Origin: Patescibacteria group bacterium
GTDB lineage: Bacteria > Patescibacteriota > Patescibacteriia > UBA9934 > GWF2-40-263
Length of the DNA stretch: 64,000 nt
Assembly: GCA_004297215.1 (NCBI GenBank)
Contig: SCUM01000001.1
Span: 417,181 to 481,180 of the forward strand
Direction of reading: 5' to 3'
A program made the position numbers and the translations under genes. Positions 43,821 to 51,740 of the stretch are shown here, piece by piece. Each line of letters begins with the position of its first letter. Position 1 is the first letter of the stretch. The notes beneath the pieces are model-generated. The model was not told where the DNA came from, did no database searches, and saw only the letters and a program-made list of their open reading frames with translations.

Positions 43821-43916
43821 GTAGTAAAGGTTGTAAAAGTGGTAAAAGTGAAGGAACACTTTTTAAAGAGAACTCCTACACCCTTACAACCTTTCAAACC
43901 TTTACAACCTTTCAGG
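43821..43916. repeat. composite 9-mer palindromic element between htpX and clpC-like gene
   Basis: gtaaaggttgtaaaagtggtaaaagtgaagg-aacactttttaaagagaac-tcctacacccttacaacctttcaaacctttacaacctttc. Confidence 0.8.
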
Positions 43917-43923
43917 TCTTCCT

Positions 43924-46404
43924 ATGAAAGACATCACCGAAAAATTCACGACCCACCTCAAGAACGTCCTCACGCGGGCGCTCGTGTTCGTGGTGGAGCG
44001 CGGGAACCAGACGGTGAAGCCGGAGCACCTCCTGTGGGCGCTCGGCACGCAGAAAGGGTGCATCGGCGGGGAGCTGCTCGGCCGCGTGAAGGTGCCGCCC
44101 GAGAAGCTGCGCGACCTGGTGGGCGCGACGGGAACCGAAGGGACCGAGACGGCTCCGGGCGCCTTCGCGCTCAAGCTCTCCGAGAGCGCAAAGCGCATCC
44201 TCGAAAAAGCGGTACTGACCGCCAACGTGTACAACCACCGCTACATCGGCACCGAGCACCTGCTCTCGGCCATCCTCCAGCTCAAGGAGCCGGCGCTCGA
44301 GAGGTTCTTCGTCGCGGAACGCACCGACCTGGATGAGCTGCGCCGGGAGGTGACCGTGGTCCTCAAGGGATCCGCCTCGTTCCCCGAGATGATGGGCGCC
44401 GTCCCCGCGGCCGTGCCCGAGACGAGCCAGGAACCGGCGGCCCCGCAGGAGGGCGGCGAGAGCAAGGGGAGGAAGACCCCGGCACTCGAATATTTCGGCC
44501 GGGACCTCACCAGCCGAGAGGTGCAGGAGCGCATCGACCCGGTGATCGGCCGCGAGACGGAGATCCAGCGCATGATGGAGATCCTGTGCCGTCGCACCAA
44601 GAACAATCCCCTCCTGCTGGGCGAACCGGGCGTTGGCAAGACCGCCATCGTGGAAGGGTTCGCCAAGCGCGTGATGGAAGGCGACGTTCCCCCGGTACTG
44701 CGCGGCAAGCGCATCGTGTCGCTCGACCTCTCCGCCGTGGTGGCCGGCACCATGTACCGCGGCGAGTTCGAAGGCCGCCTGCGCCAGATCATGGACGAGG
44801 CGCGCCAGAATCCCGACATCATCCTGTTCGTGGACGAAATCCACGGGCTGGTGGGCGCCGGATCGGCCACGGGATCCATGGACGCCGGCAACATCCTGAA
44901 GCCCGCGCTCGCGCGCGGCGAGATCCGCTGCATCGGCGCCACCACGAGCGCGGAATACAAGAAGCATTTCGAGACCGATCCCGCGCTCGAGCGCCGGTTC
45001 GGCGGCATCCGTGTGGAAGAGCCCTCCCCCGAACGCGCGCTCGCGATCGTGCTTGGCGTGCTCCCGCAGTATGAGGCGTTCCACGGGGTGCGCATCGCCC
45101 CGCACGCGGCCGAGGCCGCGGTGCGACTTTCGGTGCGCTATCTCAACGACCGCCGCCTGCCGGACAAGGCGATCGACCTCATCGACGAGGCGTGCGCGGG
45201 CAAGCGCGTGTCCGCTCCCGAACCCGGAGCGGCCGAGGCCCGGCGCCTCATCCGCGCGCGGCTCGACGCGGTGGCCGACGAGAAGCGTACGGCCGTCGTC
45301 GAGGAGCGTTTCGACGACGCCATGGCGCTCAAGGACGAGGAGGAGGCGCTGCGCTCCGGTCTCAAGCGCGAGGAAGCTGCGCGCGGCCCCGTGCTTGTCG
45401 TGGACGAAGAGGACATCGCGCGCGTGATCGCCCGCTCCACCGGAATCCCGGCCGCCGACCTGGTGGAAGACGAGCGTGCGCAGCTCCTGGCGCTCGAGAG
45501 CACGCTCACGGAACGGGTGATCGGACAGGAGCGGTGCGTGCAGGCCGTGGCGCAGGCGCTGCGTCGCGCCAAGGCCGGGCTGTCGGCGCGCGAGCGTCCG
45601 CTCGCGAGCTTCCTGTTCTTGGGCCCGTCCGGCGTCGGAAAGACGGAGCTCGCCAAGGCGATCGCGCAAAGCGCCTTCGGCGACGAGCGCTCGCTCATCC
45701 GGCTCGACATGTCGGAGTATTCGGAGGCGTTCACCATGAGCAAGCTCGTCGGTTCCCCGGCCGGCTATGTGGGGTACCGCGAAGGGGCCAAGCTCACGGA
45801 CGGCGTGAAGGCACGTCCGTACGGCGTGGTGCTGTTCGACGAGATCGAGAAGGCGCACAAGGACGTGCAGAACCTCCTGCTCCAGATCTTGGAAGAGGGC
45901 GAGCTCGCGGACGCCACCGGGCGCAAGGTGAGCTTCCGCCACAGCGTGATCGTGCTCACGAGCAACGTGGGGCTCGAGCGGTTCGGCCGCTCCGGGATGG
46001 GGTTTGTAAGCGGGGAGGAAGACGCGCGCGCCACGCTCGAGGCGGACCTTAAGGCCGAGCTGAACGAGCGCTTCCGCCCGGAGCTCGTGAACCGCATCGA
46101 CCGCGTATGCGTGTTCGAGCCGCTCGGGCGCGACGTGCTCGCGCGCATCGCGCTGCGCGAGCTCACCAAAGCCGTGGTGCGCGCCACCGAGCGCGGCATC
46201 GCCCTCTCGATCGGCGCTGGGGTGGCAGAGCGCCTGGCAGAGCTTTCGGATCCCAAGGTAGGCGCGCGCGACGTGCGCCGGCTCGTGCAGGAGGCTGTGG
46301 AGTCGAAGCTCGCCGACCGGCTTCTCTCCGGAAAATCCCCGAAACGCCTCACGGTGACGGTCAAAGGCCGCGACATCGCCCTCACGGAATCCCGCCGCGC
46401 CTGA
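43924..46404 (+). CDS. clpC: Clp/Hsp100 AAA+ chaperone, ClpC-like (two AAA modules, double Clp_N)
   Basis: D1 Walker A GEPGVGKTAIVEGFAKRV, D2 Walker A LGPSGVGKTELAKAIA. Sensor and arginine finger regions present; 826 aa. No long ClpB-type M-domain, hence ClpC-like. Confidence 0.8.
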   Translation: MKDITEKFTTHLKNVLTRALVFVVERGNQTVKPEHLLWALGTQKGCIGGELLGRVKVPPEKLRDLVGATGTEGTETAPGAFALKLSESAKRILEKAVLTANVYNHRYIGTEHLLSAILQLKEPALERFFVAERTDLDELRREVTVVLKGSASFPEMMGAVPAAVPETSQEPAAPQEGGESKGRKTPALEYFGRDLTSREVQERIDPVIGRETEIQRMMEILCRRTKNNPLLLGEPGVGKTAIVEGFAKRVMEGDVPPVLRGKRIVSLDLSAVVAGTMYRGEFEGRLRQIMDEARQNPDIILFVDEIHGLVGAGSATGSMDAGNILKPALARGEIRCIGATTSAEYKKHFETDPALERRFGGIRVEEPSPERALAIVLGVLPQYEAFHGVRIAPHAAEAAVRLSVRYLNDRRLPDKAIDLIDEACAGKRVSAPEPGAAEARRLIRARLDAVADEKRTAVVEERFDDAMALKDEEEALRSGLKREEAARGPVLVVDEEDIARVIARSTGIPAADLVEDERAQLLALESTLTERVIGQERCVQAVAQALRRAKAGLSARERPLASFLFLGPSGVGKTELAKAIAQSAFGDERSLIRLDMSEYSEAFTMSKLVGSPAGYVGYREGAKLTDGVKARPYGVVLFDEIEKAHKDVQNLLLQILEEGELADATGRKVSFRHSVIVLTSNVGLERFGRSGMGFVSGEEDARATLEADLKAELNERFRPELVNRIDRVCVFEPLGRDVLARIALRELTKAVVRATERGIALSIGAGVAERLAELSDPKVGARDVRRLVQEAVESKLADRLLSGKSPKRLTVTVKGRDIALTESRRA

Positions 46405-46426
46405 AATGCGGTACAATGGGCGCGTT

Positions 46427-47131
46427 ATGGCTGCGGCCGCGTCCGATAAGAATCCCTCTCGCATCGCGCGGTTCGGACAACGGGCCGCGCTTTCGGGCAT
46501 GCTGTTCTTGGGCGGCGCTCCGGGGCAGGCCAGCGAGGAGCCTGAAACGCAAGGTGTTTCCATCGTCGCCGGTTCGGCCGCGGAAGACGAGGGGGGCGAC
46601 GAGGCGTTCGACGAGGCGGATGCGAGCGCGCGGCTCAAGGAGCGCACCCAGCGGGCCCGTGCCGCCGAGGGACGGCAAAAGGCCCAAGAAGACATGGCGA
46701 AGCAAGCCGGAGAGCCTCCGCCCGAAGTGGCGACCGTGTGGAGCCTGTTCATCGGCTGGGTGAGCAAGGCCGCGCTGGCTTCGATCATCGGGGCGTTCCT
46801 CTGGTTCCCCTTCCTCCTCGTCGTCGGGGACTTCGTCTTCCGGGGGAAGCATCCCTACATCCCCGGGGTCACCTGGGACCTGCTTCTCATGAAGATGGGG
46901 GCAACGCCGAAGGAGCAGGCCAAGCTCAACCTGCTCCCGGACATCCTGGCCAAGGCCATCGTGCTGTTCATGCTGCTCGTGGACATCCTCGTCGTCTGCC
47001 TTCTCGCCGTCCTCATGGTCATCCAGGTCTACCTCGAATACAAGGCCATCATGGTCATCGTCCGGATCTTTGGCCCGCTCACCAACAATCTGCTAGACTT
47101 GTTGAATCTGCCACATGTTCCCCTGCCCTGA
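46427..47131 (+). CDS. hypothetical membrane protein
   Basis: Acidic N-terminal region then three TM helices. Confidence 0.45.
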   Translation: MAAAASDKNPSRIARFGQRAALSGMLFLGGAPGQASEEPETQGVSIVAGSAAEDEGGDEAFDEADASARLKERTQRARAAEGRQKAQEDMAKQAGEPPPEVATVWSLFIGWVSKAALASIIGAFLWFPFLLVVGDFVFRGKHPYIPGVTWDLLLMKMGATPKEQAKLNLLPDILAKAIVLFMLLVDILVVCLLAVLMVIQVYLEYKAIMVIVRIFGPLTNNLLDLLNLPHVPLP

Positions 47132-47134
47132 CCT

Positions 47135-48358
47135 ATGGACGAACGGGTGAAGCGCGGCTTGCAAATCGCGGCGTTCGTCGGTTCCGTGCTGCTCATCGGG
47201 ACGGGGTTGTATTTCGCGTTCTTCCGCGGACAGGCGGGACCGTCGCGGCCCCCGGCCGCCGTCCCCGCCGCGCCCGCCGCCCCTGGGAGCCTCCCGTCCG
47301 CCGGCCTCGGCGCTCCCGCCCCTGCCCCGAGACCGACGACGGCCGCCCCGCGCCTGCGCGCCTCGGCGATCGCGAACGGCGGCGCGACAAGCACCAACGA
47401 GGTCGCCGCGACCCCGGCCAAGGCCATCGTCGCCGCCGGCAGCGGGATCAGCTACTACGATCCCGCCGACGGGAAGTTCTACGGGGTGGACGCCGACGGG
47501 AACGTGCGGGCGCTTTCCGAGCAGGCGTTCCCCCAAGCGAGCGACGTGGAGTGGAACAAGGGGGCGGACAAGGCCGTCATCGAGTTTCCCGACGGCAGCA
47601 ACGTCGTCTACGATTTCGCCACGCAGACCCAGGTGACGCTCCCGGCCCACTGGGAGGATTTCCACTTTTCCCCGGGGAGCGACGAGATTCTCGCCAAGTC
47701 GATGGGTCTCGACCCCAACAACCGGTTCCTGGTGGTGAGCAACGGGGACGGGAGCAACGTGAAGAGCATCCAGGCGCTCGGGAACAACGCCCATAAGGTC
47801 ACGGTCGCCCCGAGCCCCAACGACCAGGTGGTGGCGTTCGCCGACACGGCCGATCCGCTGCCAGGAGGGATCGGACGCAAGCTCATCGTCCCCATCGGCA
47901 AGAACCAGGAACATTTCAAAGGGCTCGCCGTGGAAGGATTCGGCTTCTCCCCGAACTGGGCTCCCGACGGCGCGCGGCTGTTGTATTCCGTCTCCGGTGA
48001 TTTCAGCTCCTACCTGCCGCAGCTGTGGATCGTCGACGCCACCGCCGCGACCATGGGTGAGCACCGTCAGGCGCTCCCCATCAACACCTGGGCGGACAAG
48101 TGCGCGTTCTCCGGGAACAATTCGCTGCTGTGCGCCGTCCCGCGCGCCCTTCCGGCAAACGCCGGGCTGCAGCGCGGCCTTGCCGACGCGGTCGCCGACG
48201 ACCTGTTCCGGGTAGACCTCGCCACGGGCGCGGCGTCCCGCGTGGCGGTCCCGGCCACCAACACCCGGATGACCGGCCTCACGGTCACCGCCGACGGCTC
48301 CGCCGTGTTCTTCAAGAACGAATTCACCGGCACGCTGGAAAGCATCCGGTTGAAGTGA
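47135..48358 (+). CDS. membrane-anchored protein with TolB-like beta-propeller (PD40-like) repeats
   Basis: N-terminal TM helix, P/A-rich linker, repeated hydrophobic/G/D beta-strand pattern (FSPNWAPDGARLLYS...). 407 aa. Confidence 0.45.
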   Translation: MDERVKRGLQIAAFVGSVLLIGTGLYFAFFRGQAGPSRPPAAVPAAPAAPGSLPSAGLGAPAPAPRPTTAAPRLRASAIANGGATSTNEVAATPAKAIVAAGSGISYYDPADGKFYGVDADGNVRALSEQAFPQASDVEWNKGADKAVIEFPDGSNVVYDFATQTQVTLPAHWEDFHFSPGSDEILAKSMGLDPNNRFLVVSNGDGSNVKSIQALGNNAHKVTVAPSPNDQVVAFADTADPLPGGIGRKLIVPIGKNQEHFKGLAVEGFGFSPNWAPDGARLLYSVSGDFSSYLPQLWIVDATAATMGEHRQALPINTWADKCAFSGNNSLLCAVPRALPANAGLQRGLADAVADDLFRVDLATGAASRVAVPATNTRMTGLTVTADGSAVFFKNEFTGTLESIRLK

Positions 48359-48365
48359 GGGCCTT

Positions 48366-49001
48366 GTGAAGTACCCCTGGCTCGTCATGCTCTCCTTCGC
48401 GGCCGTCGGGGCGATCGTCCTCGGGTTCTACGCCATCCGGCTTGAGCCGATCCGCAAGCAAGCGCCCTCCTCGACTCCCGTGACGACTCCGCTCACTACC
48501 CCGACCATCACCTTCGTCGATCCCTCGCGCGGACCGACTTCGGCCAAGGTGACCATCGTGGAATTCGCCGATTTCCAGTGCGAACCATGCGCGGCCACGG
48601 CAAAGGCGCTCGCGGAGCTCATGGCGGTCCGCACGGACATCCGCGTGGTTTGGAAAAACCTCCCGAGCGAATCCCATGCTCTCGCCCTGCCAGCTGCCGT
48701 CGCTTCCCTCTGCGCCGACCGCCAAGGGAAATTTTGGGAGTATCACGACGCGTTGTTCGCAGAGCGCGCTTCCCTCTCGTTTGAACGGCTGAGAGACATC
48801 GCCTTCGATCTCAAGCTCGACCAAGCGGCGTTCGCGTCCTGTCTTGATGCCCAGGAAACGCTCCCGCTCGTGCGCAGGAACGTGGAAGAGGCGCAGGCGC
48901 TCGGCCTCACCGCCTCGCCCACCCTGTTCATCGGGTCCGAGCGCGTGGTCGGGGCCGTCACCCTGGAAGAACTGGAACGGTATGTCGACGAAACGCGGTA
49001 A
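48366..49001 (+). CDS. DsbA-like thiol:disulfide oxidoreductase
   Basis: N-terminal TM helix, thioredoxin-fold CxxC (ADFQCEPCAAT); 211 aa. Confidence 0.7.
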   Translation: MKYPWLVMLSFAAVGAIVLGFYAIRLEPIRKQAPSSTPVTTPLTTPTITFVDPSRGPTSAKVTIVEFADFQCEPCAATAKALAELMAVRTDIRVVWKNLPSESHALALPAAVASLCADRQGKFWEYHDALFAERASLSFERLRDIAFDLKLDQAAFASCLDAQETLPLVRRNVEEAQALGLTASPTLFIGSERVVGAVTLEELERYVDETR

Positions 49002-50331
49002 CCTCGTCGTATTCCTGGCGTCCGTCGTCCTCTCGTTCGGCTCGGCCATGCCGGCGCAGGCGTCCCAAACCCAAGGTACCTGTTTTTGCGCGACGGCAGG
49101 AGACGACCCGTGCCGTGAAACGGCGGGAATCACCGTTGACTCAGTCCAGGCCGTCGAGACCCCTTCGGCGCTGGCGTACAGGATGTCCATCTTGTGTGCC
49201 ACCATGCAGTGCGGTTCCAACGACCCAAACCTCTCATACGGTGTCAGTGACGTGTCGGACAGCGGGCTCAAGGCTGCGGTCAAGGCTGCTTGTGACACGC
49301 GCACGCCGCTCGCGGACGCCTATGAGACGGTCTTCGGGCGGCGCGCACCGGCGGCCACGGACGCGGGCAAACCGTTTGCGTCCGTAAAACCTGAACTCTC
49401 CTTTGACATCCCCGGCCTCGAATTCTCGGACGTCCTCAATAAGGATGGGAAACTGACCGTGAACTTCCTTGCCGAGTACATCACCGCCGTGTTCCGCCTG
49501 GTGCTTGGCGTGTCCACGACCATCGCGATCGTGATGATCATGGTCGGCGGGTTGCAATACGTGATGGCGGCAGGAACCGGCAACGTGAAGGCGGCCAAGG
49601 AACGCATCCGCAATTCCATCATCGGGCTCGCCATCCTGTTTTCCACCTTCGTCATCCTCTACACGGTCAACCCGCAGCTCACCTTGTTCGCCGCGCTCGA
49701 ACTCGAGCAGATCCAGACCGTAAAGCTCGTCGCGGAGTCCGGTGACACGGGCGGAGGCGTCACGGCGGATCCGGCGGCGTTACAGGCAGCCGGCATCGAA
49801 TGTCCGCAGGAAGGCGGTGCGGGAGACATCCCCATCATCGCCGAATCGTTCATCGGGAAGGTGACCTATCGCTTCGGGGGCAAGGGAAAGCCGCCTCCGT
49901 ACACGTTCGACACCAAGGTCTCGAAGGACGGACAGGCGTTCAGCGGCTTCTGCCCGGAGGGGACCGTGTGCCTGGACTGCTCCGGGTTCGTCGACCTCGT
50001 GTACGCGTGCGCAGGACTTCCTCCAAAGCTCACGAGCGGCTCCGTGAAATTCGCGAACGAGACGCTCATCGACACCTCGACCTGCTCGGATGACGGCGGG
50101 GTCGAGACGGCCGACGGCTCCACGATCCTCGTTCCCGGCGACCTCATCGGCTTCAGCAAGGGCGAAAACGGCCAATCGGCCAGCGGACACGTGTGGATGT
50201 ACCTTGGCGACGGGAAGCTCATCAACAGCGCGGGAAAACGCGAACCTCCTGGCAAGGCCGTGTTCACGCAATCATTGACGGGCGTCTGCAAGGCCTACAA
50301 GACCCTGCACGTGATCCGCGTGGCTCCCTGA
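48982..50331 (+). CDS. exported Cys-rich protein: VirB2/TrbC-like hydrophobic hairpin fused to C-terminal NlpC/P60 cysteine peptidase
   Basis: Signal peptide (MSTKRGNLVVFLASVVLSFGSAMPAQA). Two adjacent TM helices (VLGVSTTIAIVMIMVGGLQYVMAAG...IIGLAILFSTFVILYTV). C-terminal NlpC/P60 Cys (CLDCSGFVDLVY) and His (SGHVWMYLGDG). Confidence 0.55.
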   Translation: MSTKRGNLVVFLASVVLSFGSAMPAQASQTQGTCFCATAGDDPCRETAGITVDSVQAVETPSALAYRMSILCATMQCGSNDPNLSYGVSDVSDSGLKAAVKAACDTRTPLADAYETVFGRRAPAATDAGKPFASVKPELSFDIPGLEFSDVLNKDGKLTVNFLAEYITAVFRLVLGVSTTIAIVMIMVGGLQYVMAAGTGNVKAAKERIRNSIIGLAILFSTFVILYTVNPQLTLFAALELEQIQTVKLVAESGDTGGGVTADPAALQAAGIECPQEGGAGDIPIIAESFIGKVTYRFGGKGKPPPYTFDTKVSKDGQAFSGFCPEGTVCLDCSGFVDLVYACAGLPPKLTSGSVKFANETLIDTSTCSDDGGVETADGSTILVPGDLIGFSKGENGQSASGHVWMYLGDGKLINSAGKREPPGKAVFTQSLTGVCKAYKTLHVIRVAP

Positions 50332-50332
50332 T

Positions 50333-51652
50333 ATGTTCGCCTGCTCCAAGTGCGACGCGCAGACGTCGAAGTGGGCCGGGAGGTGCGCCGAGTGCGGCGC
50401 GTGGGGGACGGTGGGGGAAGAGGCGGACAAGGCCTCAGGCGGACAAGGCCTCAGGACGTTTGGAGCGAAGGCGAAGGCAATGAAGAGCGCGCCGCTTTCC
50501 GGCGCGTCGGCGGCGCCAAAGGCTCGGATCGCGACGACGATCGGGGAGATGGACCGCGTGCTCGGCGGCGGGCTCGTGCCTGGGAGCCTGGTGCTGCTTG
50601 CTGGTGAGCCGGGGATCGGGAAGTCGACTTTGGTGGCGATGGCGGCGGGACGGGTCGCGCGCGCAGACCCCTCCATGCCTCCCCTTTCCAAGGGGAGGAT
50701 AGCTCAAGTTTTGTATGTATCGGGTGAGGAATCGGCTTCCCAGCTTGCGGACCGGTTCACGCGGCTTGGGCTCAACCCTGCGTCTGTCAATTTCCTGGAG
50801 CCCTACCCTGTCGAGACGCTCGTCGCTTCGATCGAAAAGGAGCGGCCTGCGCTTGCCGTCATCGACTCGGTTCAGACGCTCTCGTCAGAACTCGTTGAAG
50901 GCACGCCGGGTTCTCCTACTCTCGTGCGATACGCGACGGCGCTGTTGCTCGACCTGTGCAAGCGCACGGACGCCTGCGTGCTGCTCATAGGGCAAGTCAC
51001 GAAGGACGGCGCCGTGGCAGGTCCGAAGACGCTTGAGCACCTGGTAGACGTCGTCCTTTCCCTGGAAGGTGATCCTTCACATGGCTACCGTCTGCTGCGC
51101 TGCATGAAAAACCGCTTCGGATCGACGGATGAAGTGGGCGTGTTCGAGATGGCCGGGTCCGGCCTGCTCCCGGTCGAGAACCCGTCTGCGAAATTCCTGG
51201 AGGAACGGGCGGCCGTGCCCGGTTCCGTCGTCGCCGCGTCGCTCGAAGGGAGCCGCGTATTCTTGGTGGAAGTCCAGGCGCTCGTCGAGAAGAGTGGCTA
51301 CTCGACCCCCGTGCGACGCGCGTCCGGCTTCGATGCGGGACGGCTCACCATGCTGTGCGCCATCCTGTCGAAACGCGGCGGCCTTTCGCTCGCGGATAAG
51401 GACGTATACGTGAACGTGATCGGTGGGCTCACCCTCACCGAACCCGCCGCAGACCTGGCCGTATGCGCGGCGATCGCCGGGGCGGCCAAGGGTACGGCGT
51501 CAAAGGAACCGGTGTTGTATGCCGGCGAGGTCGGATTGGGCGGCGAAGTACGCAGCGTGCCGCATCTGGAGCGACGGTTGGCGGAGGCGAAGAGGATGGG
51601 GATCGGGACGGTGGTGACGCCAAAAACATTAAAAAGCGTCTCGGAGTTGTAA
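50333..51652 (+). CDS. radA: DNA repair protein RadA/Sms
   Basis: N-terminal C4 zinc finger (CSKCDAQTSKWAGRCAECGAW), RecA-like Walker A GEPGIGKSTL, KNRFG motif, Lon-like C-terminal domain. Carries two in-frame repeat insertions. Confidence 0.9.
   Translation: MFACSKCDAQTSKWAGRCAECGAWGTVGEEADKASGGQGLRTFGAKAKAMKSAPLSGASAAPKARIATTIGEMDRVLGGGLVPGSLVLLAGEPGIGKSTLVAMAAGRVARADPSMPPLSKGRIAQVLYVSGEESASQLADRFTRLGLNPASVNFLEPYPVETLVASIEKERPALAVIDSVQTLSSELVEGTPGSPTLVRYATALLLDLCKRTDACVLLIGQVTKDGAVAGPKTLEHLVDVVLSLEGDPSHGYRLLRCMKNRFGSTDEVGVFEMAGSGLLPVENPSAKFLEERAAVPGSVVAASLEGSRVFLVEVQALVEKSGYSTPVRRASGFDAGRLTMLCAILSKRGGLSLADKDVYVNVIGGLTLTEPAADLAVCAAIAGAAKGTASKEPVLYAGEVGLGGEVRSVPHLERRLAEAKRMGIGTVVTPKTLKSVSEL
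50422..50455 (+). repeat. tandem GGCGGACAAGGCCTCAG x 2 inserted in-frame in radA
   Basis: ggcggacaaggcctcaggcggacaaggcctcagg. Related copies at 56184-56210, 41780-41842 and 14378-14410. Confidence 0.8.
50675..50706 (+). repeat. solo copy of the DUF559-element terminal inverted repeat inserted in-frame in radA
   Basis: ccatgcctcccctttccaaggggaggatagc is 31/31 identical to the reverse complement of 25935-25965. Translated in radA as SMPPLSKGRIAQ. Confidence 0.85.
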
Positions 51653-51740
51653 AGGTTTGAAAGGTTGTAAGGGTGTTGGTCAGCCGGCATATGCCGGCTG
51701 TTCAATCACCTTTACAACCCTTACCACCTTTACAACTTTT
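51653..51740. repeat. composite 9-mer palindromic element with central CAGCCGGCATATGCCGGCTG hairpin between convergent radA and recG
   Basis: ggtttgaaaggttgtaagggtgttggt-CAGCCGGCATATGCCGGCTG-ttcaatcacctttacaacccttaccacctttacaac. Likely a bidirectional terminator. Confidence 0.8.

Noticed and set aside
43912-46788. 958-aa minus-strand ORF opposite the clpC-like gene
   Set aside because: Antisense shadow ORF. The plus strand has unambiguous double AAA+ Clp ATPase motifs.
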